Assembly (NCBI RefSeq): GCF_044704955.1
Contig: NC_091999.1
Location: forward strand, 11,222,001 to 11,286,000
Length of the DNA stretch: 64,000 bases
Source of the DNA: Pristiophorus japonicus
Taxonomy: Eukaryota
Direction of reading: 5' to 3'
Position numbers and translations under genes: made by a program. A model generated the notes under the pieces. That model ran no database searches and was not told the DNA's origin. It saw nothing but the letters and a program-made list of their open reading frames with translations. Below, one piece after another: positions 27,400-38,200 of the stretch. Positions within the stretch are counted from its first letter, which is position 1. The number at the start of each line of letters is the position of its first letter.

Positions 27400-27689
27400 C
27401 TACTGCAATCTGACATGGACAACGGAATATTGGGCAAAGTGGGGAGAATGGGGGGATGTCAGTCCTTATCGCAGGAGAGTATCCATGTAAACCAAACAAA
27501 TAATTAGCTACCCATTTAACAATACAGAACTGGCATAAAGTTTATTATTGTAATCATAATAATCTTACAGTTAATTTCATAACAAATTGTCTGATTACAC
27601 AATGCGTCCAATCTCTGTTCATGTTATTGACACATCAACTTTCAATCTTAGTGAAATGTATATAAAGCAAGTTCTCAGTCAGTGTCAGA

Positions 27690-28157
27690 ATCGCACTCAG
27701 ACCTACCGCTCCAGTCGGCAGGAGATGAAATAAACGGAGGGGAATATTCCGTAACGATTTAAGAGACGACAGATGCGTCAAAAACTTTCAGAACAACGAG
27801 GTCTCTCCTGAAATGTGACCCCGTGAGACTCAGGTTCCAACCTTAGCGGATGGCCAGGGTGCTGATTGTACCAGAACGTATAATGTGCAGCACCACTGCT
27901 GGTTTTTAAGCTACAGATTAGGATGACATTACTTTCCTTTTCAACCATCATTTCAGGAACTGGCTGTTGCACTTTGTCTTGGTGGCTGCATACTGACATA
28001 AAATAATAGTAGTAGTCATCATCCTCATCATCATCACTTGACCAATAATAACATCTGGATAACAGCATTGAAGGGGAGCCTGGAGTTTTAGCGGAAAATC
28101 TATAGTTACTGAGATGTGATTATAAATGAAGAGAAGCAGTGCGAGACGGTTCCACAT
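27690..28157 (-). pseudogene. TCR V pseudogene with decayed 3' half
   Basis: Leader MWNRLALLLFIYNHIS|gtaa. Exon QDKVQQPVPEMMVEKESNVILICS...FWYNQHPG. No clear YYC or RSS. Confidence 0.8.
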
Positions 28158-28860
28158 GATGATCCCTGAGTCTGTAACTGCAGAGTCCGGTAAATCCGCT
28201 GTCGGAGCAGATATATAGACAGGGCCCTACTGCACACCTGATCCAAACAAAGCCAAACAGGGAACAGTGTAAGCAATCTCTCCAATAGCACAGGCCTACA
28301 TATGAGTGTCAGAAGGAGAGTAACAAATGGATTCTTGCGTGCAGCTGCCACAGACACAAAACTGAGTGAATTCAAGGCTTTGATTATCAACGCAAACTGC
28401 GTGGCACCACTCAGCTGCACTCGGTGTGCGGAAAGGGCGATGGTTGGCTCTAGAGGTCTGTGGTCTTTCTGCTTACTGAGCAAGTGACAGGGAATAAAGA
28501 GAGTTGGGGGGAAAGGAAGTACATTGTACAGCTTCAGCAATAATGAGCAGCTTCAATCTGTTCTTATTTGCAATATTGAAACACAATATCTGGCACATGT
28601 GTTTTATATATAATCAACAAACCCAAAATCCCCACAATGAGATTATTCTGAATAAATTACGCCAACAGAAGGCGCCAATATCAAACATGGTCATTAGAGA
28701 GTCACGTGATGTAAACAACAATGGCAACAGCGATCCAATCTGAGTGATGCCACAATGGGGCCGCCCCTGCAGTGCGCAGGTTGAACATTGGAACAGGCCT
28801 CGCCCGGTTTACTTCTCACCTTCTCAATCTCTGCCTCGTTCAATTCAAAGTAACTGTGAC

Positions 28861-29418
28861 ATGTTGCTAATAATCCTGGTGAGTGTGTTGGACCGTAGGT
28901 ATCGCATTAAATTAAACAACATAGGTTAACAGATTGATGCAAAAAGCTTGTGTAGGGTCTTGGTGCAATTAGTAATCATAAATATTAACATGATGGTCAG
29001 CTGTGTAGATGGGAGAATAAACACATTGACACAGATAGGCGCAAGTTTAGATCACTGCTGGTTAACTTCATGTTCTTTTACTGCCCAATCTTCAAAGGCG
29101 GATTTTGTACCGATCCAGTAATTCAATCTCCGTTGACAATTGCCGTGTCAGCAGGGGCTTCGGTGAGGTTAGATTGTGAACGTATAACCCCGGATATTTA
29201 CTACATGGAATAGTATTGGCAGATTCCGGAACAGCCTCGAAGCTAGATAATTAGCAAAGTAGCAGCTCTGAAAGGTGTCGAAATCTCTGGTGAATGCTAA
29301 CTTCTCCAGAAAGTACGGTTAACTCAAGATGAGTGGCCTGAGTTGGGTGGACGGGGCGGCCCATTACTGTGCCGTGGGGCACAGCGTCAGATTAAAGCAA
29401 AGTCTTCATACAAAAATC
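28861..29418 (+). pseudogene. TCR V pseudogene with 23-RSS
   Basis: Exon DPVIQSPLTIAVSAGASVRLDC...*YWQ...DGAAHYCAVG with several stops. RSS cacagcg(29380)-23-acaaaaatc. Leader position is uncertain. Confidence 0.85.
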
Positions 29419-29479
29419 TCAGCGAGCATTAGCAGCTCCTTTGATTCATCGTTGTTGCGTTTATATGTGGATTTAATTT

Positions 29480-29858
29480 GATCCCAAAGTCACGGAGACC
29501 AAAACAGTCAGGTTGCTAGATCAGAGAGTTGTTTTCGTGTCCTTCTCTTTGTCCAAGTTAGCAGAAAAGCGATTTGGGAAATCTGGAGAATTTTCTCGGT
29601 GCTTACCAGCGATATCAAAGTACCAATAGAGAGAGGAAAACGAACGGATCTGGAGAAACTACAGTTCAGTATAGGTCTGATCTTCCAGAACCGTTAATTC
29701 AGGCAGATCAAGGGCCACTGGTTCTGCGCTACTCGTTCCTGAATCAAAATATAGAATGTCTTAAAAGTCTGGGACTAAATATAATGGATGAAGCACATGC
29801 TGATCCTTTAAGCAAAATTCACCGGGCAGGACAACAGTAATTAACATGGCGAACACAT
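29480..29858 (-). pseudogene. TCR V pseudogene, 3'-truncated relative of the intact V at 31.6 kb
   Basis: Leader MCSPC*LLLSCP. Exon LPELTVLEDQT..ILNCS..PDFPNRFSANLDK. No YYC or RSS. Confidence 0.75.
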
Positions 29859-30324
29859 GACGTCCGGTTTAGTGTTCGACAGAACAAAGCAACATGTTGA
29901 TGCTATGTTGATCCTTCTCGTTTGGTATTAAAGGGTAATCTGAGAACAGGGGCAGGCATCACGTAATTGCAGACTGAGGGGCGGTTTCCAGGGACAGTGT
30001 TATAATTCACCCAGCACTCTGATAACCGCACAGGTTATGAGCGATTAGCCCCGCCCCAACGCCGACCGCCATCTTGGGCCGGGCAGGATTCTAGACGGTC
30101 TCTGCTAATCTTTGCGGCACAGTGTCACCGTACAACATGGGCTCTATTCTATCTTCACTGACAACCCCTTTAAATACAGTTATATTTCCCGTTGCCATAA
30201 GTTGCATTGAATAAAGTGAGCAACCTTTCGATAGGAATATCTAACAGATGATGAGGGAGTATCCCGCGCAATTGTGCTGCTGGCAAATGGGACCAAATGA
30301 ATTAATTGACTAACATAATTTTAA

Positions 30325-30648
30325 CTCCGCCCCTACTTCAGCTCATAGTCGGGTGAAACCCTCATCCATGCCTTGGATACCTCTAGGCTCGACTATTCCA
30401 TGCTCCACTGACCGGCCTCACAGCGTGCACCCACCGTAAACATTAGCTCATCGAAAGCTCTGCTGCCTGTATATTAACTCGTGCCAAGTTCTGTTGACCC
30501 ATCACGTCTGTGCTCGCTGACCTATATTGGCTCCCAGTCCGACAATGCCTCGTGTTTACAATTTACCTTCTTTTTCGAAAATCTTCATATTGTCTCGCTC
30601 ATCTCTGTCTCTGGACCCACTCCAGCCCTACAACCCTCAAAATCTCTG
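30325..30648 (+). mobile_element. L2-like LINE 3' RT fragment
   Basis: Reads ETLIHAL.TSRLDYS..L.GL, typical of L2/CR1-group ORF2 C-termini. Confidence 0.65.
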
Positions 30649-30651
30649 TAC

Positions 30652-31314
30652 TGTGGAAGAGAGAAAAAAGATGAAATATGTTTGCTCTACCATTACCTAT
30701 CAGAAAAGCTCCACATAAGCCCGATGCTGAGTAGCCAAATTGACGTTGTATACTCTCGAAAAGGGGGCTTGGATGCTTGGAGACATACGTTCTACTCCCC
30801 ACCCTCAATAATCTGTTGCCATGTCTCAGGATGCTCTCACCGCACTTCCTTGTTTCCTCAGTCGTGCTGTGAGACCGATAGGTAAGGAGCTGCCTACCAG
30901 TGAATGGAAACACGCTCAACTGGGCCACAGTCAGTGTCCTAAAAAGGGAATGGTTAAAAATTTTGAGACAGGGAGTGGGAACGAGCCCCTTGTCTGTTTG
31001 TTGCAAACCGGAAGCTGCGGAGATCCCCTTGCCTGTTTGTTTCAAACCGGAAGTTGCGGGATTGTTATTGATGACAGAAAGCATTCCAGAATTAAAGAGA
31101 CTTTCTGAAGGGCGGTGGAGATTGAGGGAACTCTGTGCTTGGGGCTTGTTTGGAAGAGCGCAGTCACGACCTTGTGAAATCTGTTGATTGTGTATAAACA
31201 GACTGCGACTCAGCAGCATACTCTGATAAAATAAAGTCTGTGTACAGGCTACGATCACCGGGTCCAGGAAACTAACAGAGGAGATGTGTAAACAGATGCA
31301 CAATGCTGGAGACA
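30652..31314 (+). mobile_element. Probable solo LTR (boundaries uncertain)
   Basis: Starts tgtggaaga. Contains a 39-bp tandem duplication with ETS sites (30986-31059) and aataaa at 31230. Possible ends at ...aaca 31277, or ...gaca 31314 with an imperfect TSD tgtac/ggtac. Confidence 0.5.
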
Positions 31315-31528
31315 GGTACCGAAATAGCATCAAAGGATAAAGTGTAAAAACAGAAGTGGTTTTATAAGCTGATTTTTAGTATGAATACGAGTTTAAATCA
31401 CTGAATAAAATTCTACAATTGGACCTCACCTCTTCTTGTTCAGAGTTGTGTTTTGTCACCCTTTTGAGAACGTCCCTGTGACTCTCACTGTAGAGGTTAC
31501 ATTTTCGCTTCTGTTTATCTGTGTAAGG

Positions 31529-31542
31529 GCGCCCTCTGTTGA
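31529..31542 (-). promoter_or_regulatory. CTCF-like motif 24 bp downstream of the RSS
   Basis: TCAACAGAGGGCGC compared with the CTCF core CCACCAGRGGGCGC. Confidence 0.6.
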
Positions 31543-31566
31543 ACACTGATTGGAATTCTCAGTATG

Positions 31567-31606
31567 CGTTTTTGTACGAGGTCCGCTATATCTCTGCAGC
31601 ACTGTG
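31567..31606 (-). other. RSS of the intact V: CACAGTG, 24-nt spacer, ACAAAAACG
   Basis: Consensus heptamer at 31606-31600 and near-consensus nonamer at 31575-31567. Confidence 0.92.
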
Positions 31607-32039
31607 GGCTCCATGGCACAGAAATATACGGCGGCATCAGAGACAAGCGTCCCAGCGATATTTAAAGGAACCGTTTTATTCGTTTTGTTCAGGTCAGCAG
31701 AGAACCTGTCTGGTAAACCTGGAGACTTGTCTCCGGCTCCTGAGCTATATCTCTTCAGTAAATATCTCGGAGCTTCTCCGGGATATTGGATGTACCAGAA
31801 CAGAGTTGAACTAGCTGTCGAGTAACTGCAGCTCAGGATTGTGTTCTGTCCTTCCTGAACCGTTAATTCAGGCGGATCCTGGAGCACCTTATCTTCGCCA
31901 TTGATTCCTGTAACAAATCAGAAAATGTATCAAAACTTCTGCGAGTAAATATAACCCATGGAACTCAAACTGGCCATTTAAACGTAGACTCACCAGGCAG
32001 CACAAACATTATTATTAGGAAGAAACATGGGGAGCACAT
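31607..32039 (-). CDS. TRAV/TRDV: Apparently functional TCR alpha/delta V segment (leader exon 32039-31994, V exon 31907-31607)
   Basis: Spliced ORF MCSPCFFLIIMFVLPG/INGEDKVLQDPPELTVQEGQNTILSCSY...FWYIQYPGEAPRYLL...DRFSADL...SDAAVYFCAMEP. Phase-1 GT-AG intron. Both Cys and the Trp are present. Confidence 0.92.
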
Positions 32040-32294
32040 GGTGAATTTTATAAAGTTCGACAGAAAATAGCAGAATGTTCTCAATATTCTAGTCGTTTAT
32101 TTAGGATGAAACGTCGATCAGGCGCAGACTTCACTGATTGGGTAACTAAGGGGCGTTTCCCATGGAGAGGATTGGCTATTCTCTCAGAACCGACAATTGT
32201 GTGAACCAATCAGTTTCAGACCAATTACTTTCGCTGCCGATTTCTTTTTCTGTCACTGTCTTTGTCGGTGTCTCCACCTCTCTCTTTGTTTCGG

Positions 32295-34555
32295 CGATGT
32301 TAAGGGAAGGTCGTGTTTGACTAACTTGATTTACTTTTCTGAGAAGGTAACAAGGATTCTCGATGAACCAATGTGCATGAATTTTAGCAAGGATGTTGAC
32401 AAGGTCCCACGTGGCAGGCTGAACAAAGAAGTAAAAGCCCATGGGATCGAAGGGAGAGTGGCAAATTTATCAAAAATTGGCTCAGTGGCAGGAAGAAATG
32501 GGTAATACTTGGAGAGTGCTTTTGCGATTGGAAGGTTGTTTGTAGTGAGGTTCCACCGGGCTCAGTGCTCGTTCACTTGCTGTCTGTAATATATATTAAC
32601 ACTTTATGCTTAAATGTAGGGTGCATGATAAAGACGTTTGCAGATGATACAAATATTGGCCTTGTGGTTGACAGTGAGGAAGAAAGCTTTGATGTAGGAA
32701 TATATCGATCAACTGGTCATTGGAACAGAAAAAGGGATAATGGAATGCAATCAGGAGAACTGAGAGGTCATGCTTTTGGGGAGGTGCAACAAGAAAATGG
32801 ATCGCATAACAAATAGAGGGTACTGAGAGGTGTGGAGGTACTGAGGTACATAACAACATAAGAAAATATGAAATAGGAACAGGAGTAGGCCATATGGCCC
32901 CTCGAGTCTGCTCCCCCATTCAATAAGATCACGCTGATCCGATCATGGACTCAGCCCCACTTCCCCACCCGCTCCCAATAACCCCTTATCCACTTATCGT
33001 TTAAGAAACTATTTCTGTCTTAAATGTATTCAATGTCCCAGCGTCCACAGCTCTCTGAGGCAGCGAATTCCACAGATTTACAACTCTTTGAGAGAAGAAT
33101 TTCTTTCCATCTCTGTTTTAAATGGGCGGCCCCTTATTCTAAGATCATACTCTCTGGTTCTGATCTACACAATCTCTGCATCCACCTTGAAAAGACCCCC
33201 ATAAACTTATATGTTTCGATAATATCACCTCTCATTCTTCTGAATTCCAATGAGTAGAGGCCCAAACGACTCAAATTTTCCTCGTAAGTCAACCACCTCA
33301 TCCGCTGAATCAACCCAGTGAGCCTGCTCTGAACTACCTCCAGAGCAAGTATATCCTTTCTTAAATATGGAAAACAAAACTCCACGCAGTATTCCAGTTG
33401 TGGCCTCAGCAATACCTTCTATAGCTGTAGTAAGACTTCCTGCTTTTATACTCCATCCCCTTTGCAATAAAGGCCAATATAACATTGGCCTTCCTGCTCA
33501 TTTGCTGTACCTGCATAAGATCCATTTGTGCTTCATGCACAAGTACCCCCAGGTCCCGCTGCACTGCTGAACTTTGCAATATTTCCTCATTTAAATAATA
33601 ACTTGTATTTTGATTTTATTTCTGCAAAAGTGCATGACCTCACACTTACTAACATTATACTCCGGCTGCCACATCTTTGCCCACTAACGTAGCCTGTCTA
33701 TGTCCTTTTGCAGATTTTTTGTGCCCACCTCACAAATTGCTTTTCCTTCCATCTTTGATTCGTCAGCAAACTTGGCTCCGTTGCACTCAGTCCCTTCTTC
33801 CAAGTCGTAAATGTAGAATGTCAATAGTTGGGGTCCCAGTATTGATTCCTGTGGCGCCCCACTATTTACTGGAGTGTTTGTCCACAGATCCTTAAAGGTT
33901 GCAGGATAGGCCGATAAGGTACTTAAAAGACATATGGAATGCTTTCCTTTATTAGCCGTGACATAGACTAAAAGAGTAGTGAAGCTATGCTAGAATTGTA
34001 TACAAAAATAGTTAGCCCACAGCTTGAGTACTGCATACAGATCTGGTCACCACATTACAGGAAATATGTAACTGCAGAGGAGAATTACAAGGATGTTGCC
34101 AGGACTGGAAAATATTTAGCTGTGATGAAATATTGGAGAGGCTGGAGTTGTTATCTTTCGACCAGAAGAGGCTGAGGCAATATTTAATGAAGGTGCATAG
34201 AATTATGAAAAGCCTAGATATAGTAGATAGGAATGACCTACTCCCTTAGCAGAGGGTCACTAACCAGGGGTGGGGGGAGAGGATCAATGTCGTTGTTAGA
34301 AGGATTAGAGGCGAGATGAGGAAAAGTAAATTCACTGAGAGGGTGTTGGGGGTCTGGAACTCACGACCAGAAAGGGTGATAAAGGCAGAAACATTCATCC
34401 CTTTTGAAAACTACTTGCATGTTTACTGAAAGAGCCGTGACCTACAGGGTTGTGTACATAATGCCGGAAATTGGGAATAGGCAGGTTCGCTATTTGTCAA
34501 CACAATGGGTCGAATGGCCACACTTGTATGTGGTAATTTATGATTCTATGATTCT
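32295..34555. mobile_element. Nested decayed CR1 fragments (plus 32295-32850, minus 32850-33862, plus 33870-34555)
   Basis: RT motifs (KGRSCLTNL, FADDT, RPQLEYC) and CR1 tails. Paralogous to 11196-12725. Confidence 0.85.
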
Positions 34556-35219
34556 ACCGTATCTGTTTGTGTCAATCTCGTCATTTCGCTCTCCCTGCTC
34601 TGTTACAATTTGTCTTTAGCTCTAGCTTCAACACAACAAGGTGCTCCATTGATAGTATCAGTTATAATATATAAAAAATAACTAAAGCTCAGTAACATAT
34701 TTAAAATGGCAGCAGTCACAGCAAATCCAAACGTTTATTCATTAAGCAGGAATCATGAGACGTTTCTACACCCTCTGGATTTGCCCCAGGTTCCTCAGAG
34801 TTGGAATCTGTGTGTTTTCATGTTGTTTTGACCGAGCTTCATTCATCAGTTGTGTCTTGGATATTAAAAATAAACAAAGGGAATCACCAAAATTTAAGCT
34901 GAAGTTGCCACTAACTCCGGGTATTTCTCTTTCTGCACTAAAGTGTATAATAATAATAGTAAAAGAAAAAGAAAATTTGTCATTGTCATTCAACAACATC
35001 CACCTGCAGTTCGAGAATTCCGTGCTTCCTTTGGCAGATGGCTGTTTACCTCACTTCGCCACAAGTGGGAGCTCCGGCATGTGCCTGCGGTTTCACTGCA
35101 GCAAATCAATCGCAAGATCACAAGTTTGTGGAGGATGAGGAACGCCATGGTCCGATCATAATTTAATCAACCAGAAACTCGACACCTTAAAATAGGCTGT
35201 ATCTGTTAAAAGGTGCTTA

Positions 35220-38200
35220 TCTTGATATTCAATGTCATTTGCACACGAATCACAGAAAGTTAACATGAAGTTACAGCAAGGTTTGGAAGGCAAATTGTAT
35301 ATTAATCTTTATTGCAAGACATTTGAGGAAAAGAGTTAGGAAATCTTGCTGCAAATAAATTGAGTCGTGGTGAGACCATACCGGGAGTACTGTGTTCAGT
35401 TTTGTTCTCCTTATCGGAAGAAGGAAGTACTTGCCATATAGTCAACCAAGGTTCCTTAGATGTAATTCCTGTAAAGAAAAGGCTCTTCTATGAGGAGCGG
35501 TTTCATGGAATTAGTTTATATTCGCTGCCGTTTAGAAGAATGAGAGGTGATCTCATTGAAACGTATGAGCATTTTAGTGGTCTTAATTTGATAGATGCTG
35601 AGAGGTTGTTTCCCTTGCTTGGAGAATGCAGAACAAGGTTCATAAGAACATAAGAACATGAAAAATATGAGCACGAGTAGGCCAGTTGGCCCCTCAAACC
35701 TGCTCCGCCATTCAATAAGATCTTTGCTGACCTGATCATCTGCTCAGCTCTAATTCCCTGCCCGCTCCCCTTAACGCTTCACTCCCTTATCGCGCAAAAA
35801 TATGTCTCTCTCCATCTTAAATATATTCAATGGCCCAGCTTCCACAAATCTCTTGGGCAGAGAATTCCACAGAGTTACAACCATTTCAGAGAACAAATTC
35901 CTCCTCATCTCAGTTTTAAATGGGCGACACCTTATTATGAAACTATGGACCCTAGTTTGAAATTTCCCCTGAGTGGAAACATCCTCTCCGCATCTACATT
36001 GTCGAGACCCCTCAATATCTTATATATCTCAAAAAGATCACGTCTCATTATTTTGACCTCCAATGAGTATAGGCACAACCTGCTCAACCTTTCTTCATAA
36101 GTTAACCCCTTCATCTCAGGAATCAATCTCGTGAACATTGTCTGAACTTCCTCCAATGCAAATATAACTCTCCTTAAATAAGGTGACCAACACTGGACGC
36201 AGTACTCTAGGTGTGGCCTCACCAGAAATCTGTACAGTTGTAGGAGGAATTCTCTGCTTTTATACTCGACCCACTTGCAATAAAGGACAACATTCAATTT
36301 GATTTCCAGCTTATTTGCTGTACCTGCATCCTAACTTTTCATGCTTCATGCACAACGACGCCCAGGTCGCTCTGTACTGCAGCATTTTGCAATTTCCTCA
36401 ATTTAAATAAGAATTTCTTTTTTATTATTTATATCAAAGTGGATAACCTCACATTTTCCCAAATTATACTCCATAGTCTCAGAATACTCGCGGAACTGGG
36501 AACAATATCCTCGCACGGATGGTGCGGGTGCTAGTGCTGATGGGGAGGGTATGAATAAGCTTGGCTGGGGGGGTGGGAACCCGAGAGTAGATTCAGAAGG
36601 GAGATAAATAACGCTGGAATTGGATAGCAGCAAATGTGAAAATGAAATTTTAGGCAGGGGAAACAAAGGTTGGAAAATAAACGGAGTTTGGCACTGCTAA
36701 AGGGTGTATACTCAAAGGAAGAGTGTACGGAATAATGCAGATGAAATGAGCGCCCAGATAGACATTTGGGAGTATGATATTATAGCTATTACTGACACAT
36801 GGTTCAAAGCTCAACACTCCTGGTTACTTGGTTTTCAGATGTGACAGTGTGGGAGATAAAACGAGGAGGGGTCGCAGCATTGATTTCAAAATCAATTACA
36901 GCTGTGAGGAGGGAAGATATGTGGAAGGATCATCAAATAAGACCATATAGGTTGAATTTAAGAACGAAAAAGGGGCAATTACAATGCTGGGCGTGCACTG
37001 TAGATCGTCAAATAGTCAGAGAGAAACAGAACAGCAAATGTGTAGGCACATTTCTGAGAACTGCAAAAACTATTCGACAGTAATCTTAGGGGGTTTCTAC
37101 TAACCTAATTTTAACTGGGATAGAATAAGTGTGAAAGATAGAGTTTGCAGATTTCCAAAAATGCATTCTGGAGAGTTTTCTTCGCCAGTGTGTAGCAAGC
37201 CGAGGAAGGGAGTGTTCTGCACGTAATTGTATTGAACGAAGCTCGGCAGGTGGAAGAGATATCTTTGGGAGAGCATGTTGGCGCTAGTGATCAAAATTCA
37301 GTTAGATTAGGGTCGTTAAGGCAAAGGACAAAGATAGACAAGGAATAACAATTCTCAATTGGGGGAAAGCCAAAGTGGATTGAAAATACCTACTTGAAGA
37401 TAAATCATTATCAGAGAAGTGAGAGGCATTCAAGGTGGAGATCCTGGGAGCAAGATTGTTGCTTCAACGAAAAAGAGTGCAACTAACAAATCTCGAGCAC
37501 CCAAGATTCCAAGCAGCAGACAGAGTACGATAAAGAAAAAAATGCACCTTTATAACAGATACCATGGGCAAAATAAGGCAGAAGACCTAGAGGAATATAG
37601 AAAGTGCAAGGGTGAAATTAAAAATGAAATTAGGAAAGCAGTGAGATGAAAAAATAAATGGCAGGTAAATCTAGGAAGAGCCAAACATGTTTTATAAATA
37701 CATTAAGAAGAAGGAACTGAGGGAAATCCTTATTAGTTGGGAAATTGTGTTGGGGAAATTGATGGGATTGAAGGCCGATAATTCCCCAGGGCCTGATGGA
37801 CTGCATCCCAGAGTACTTAAGGAGGTGGCCTTGGAAATAGCGGATGCATTGATAGTCATTTTCCAACAGTCCATGGACTCTGGATCAGTATCTATCTATC
37901 AGTAGCCAATGTCACCCCAATTTTTAAAAAAGGAGGGAGAGAGAAAACACGGAATTATAGACAGGTCAGCCTGATCTCAGTAGTGGGTAAAATGATGGAA
38001 TCAATTATTAAGGATGTCATAGCAGCGCATTTGGAAAGAGGTGACATGATAGGTCCAAAACAGCATGGATTTGTGAAAGGGAAATCATGCTTGACAAACC
38101 TTCTGTAATTTTTTGAGGATGTTTCCAGTAGAGTGGACAAGGGAGAACCAGTTGATGTGGTATATTTGGACTTTCAGAAGGCTTTCGACAAGGTCCCACA

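Larger units (their letters stand above)
25480..30050. repeat. Direct duplication block B (partner ~42260-47460)
   Basis: Same order and orientation of five V segments, with matching intergenic DNA (e.g. 26700-26990 vs 43580-43880). Confidence 0.88.

Noticed and set aside
30118-30124. Isolated CACAGTG heptamer
   Set aside because: No nonamer at 12 or 23 spacing and no V, D or J coding flank.
30599-31333. 244-aa minus-strand ORF
   Set aside because: No recognisable motif. It is antisense to an LTR-like sequence and probably a chance ORF.
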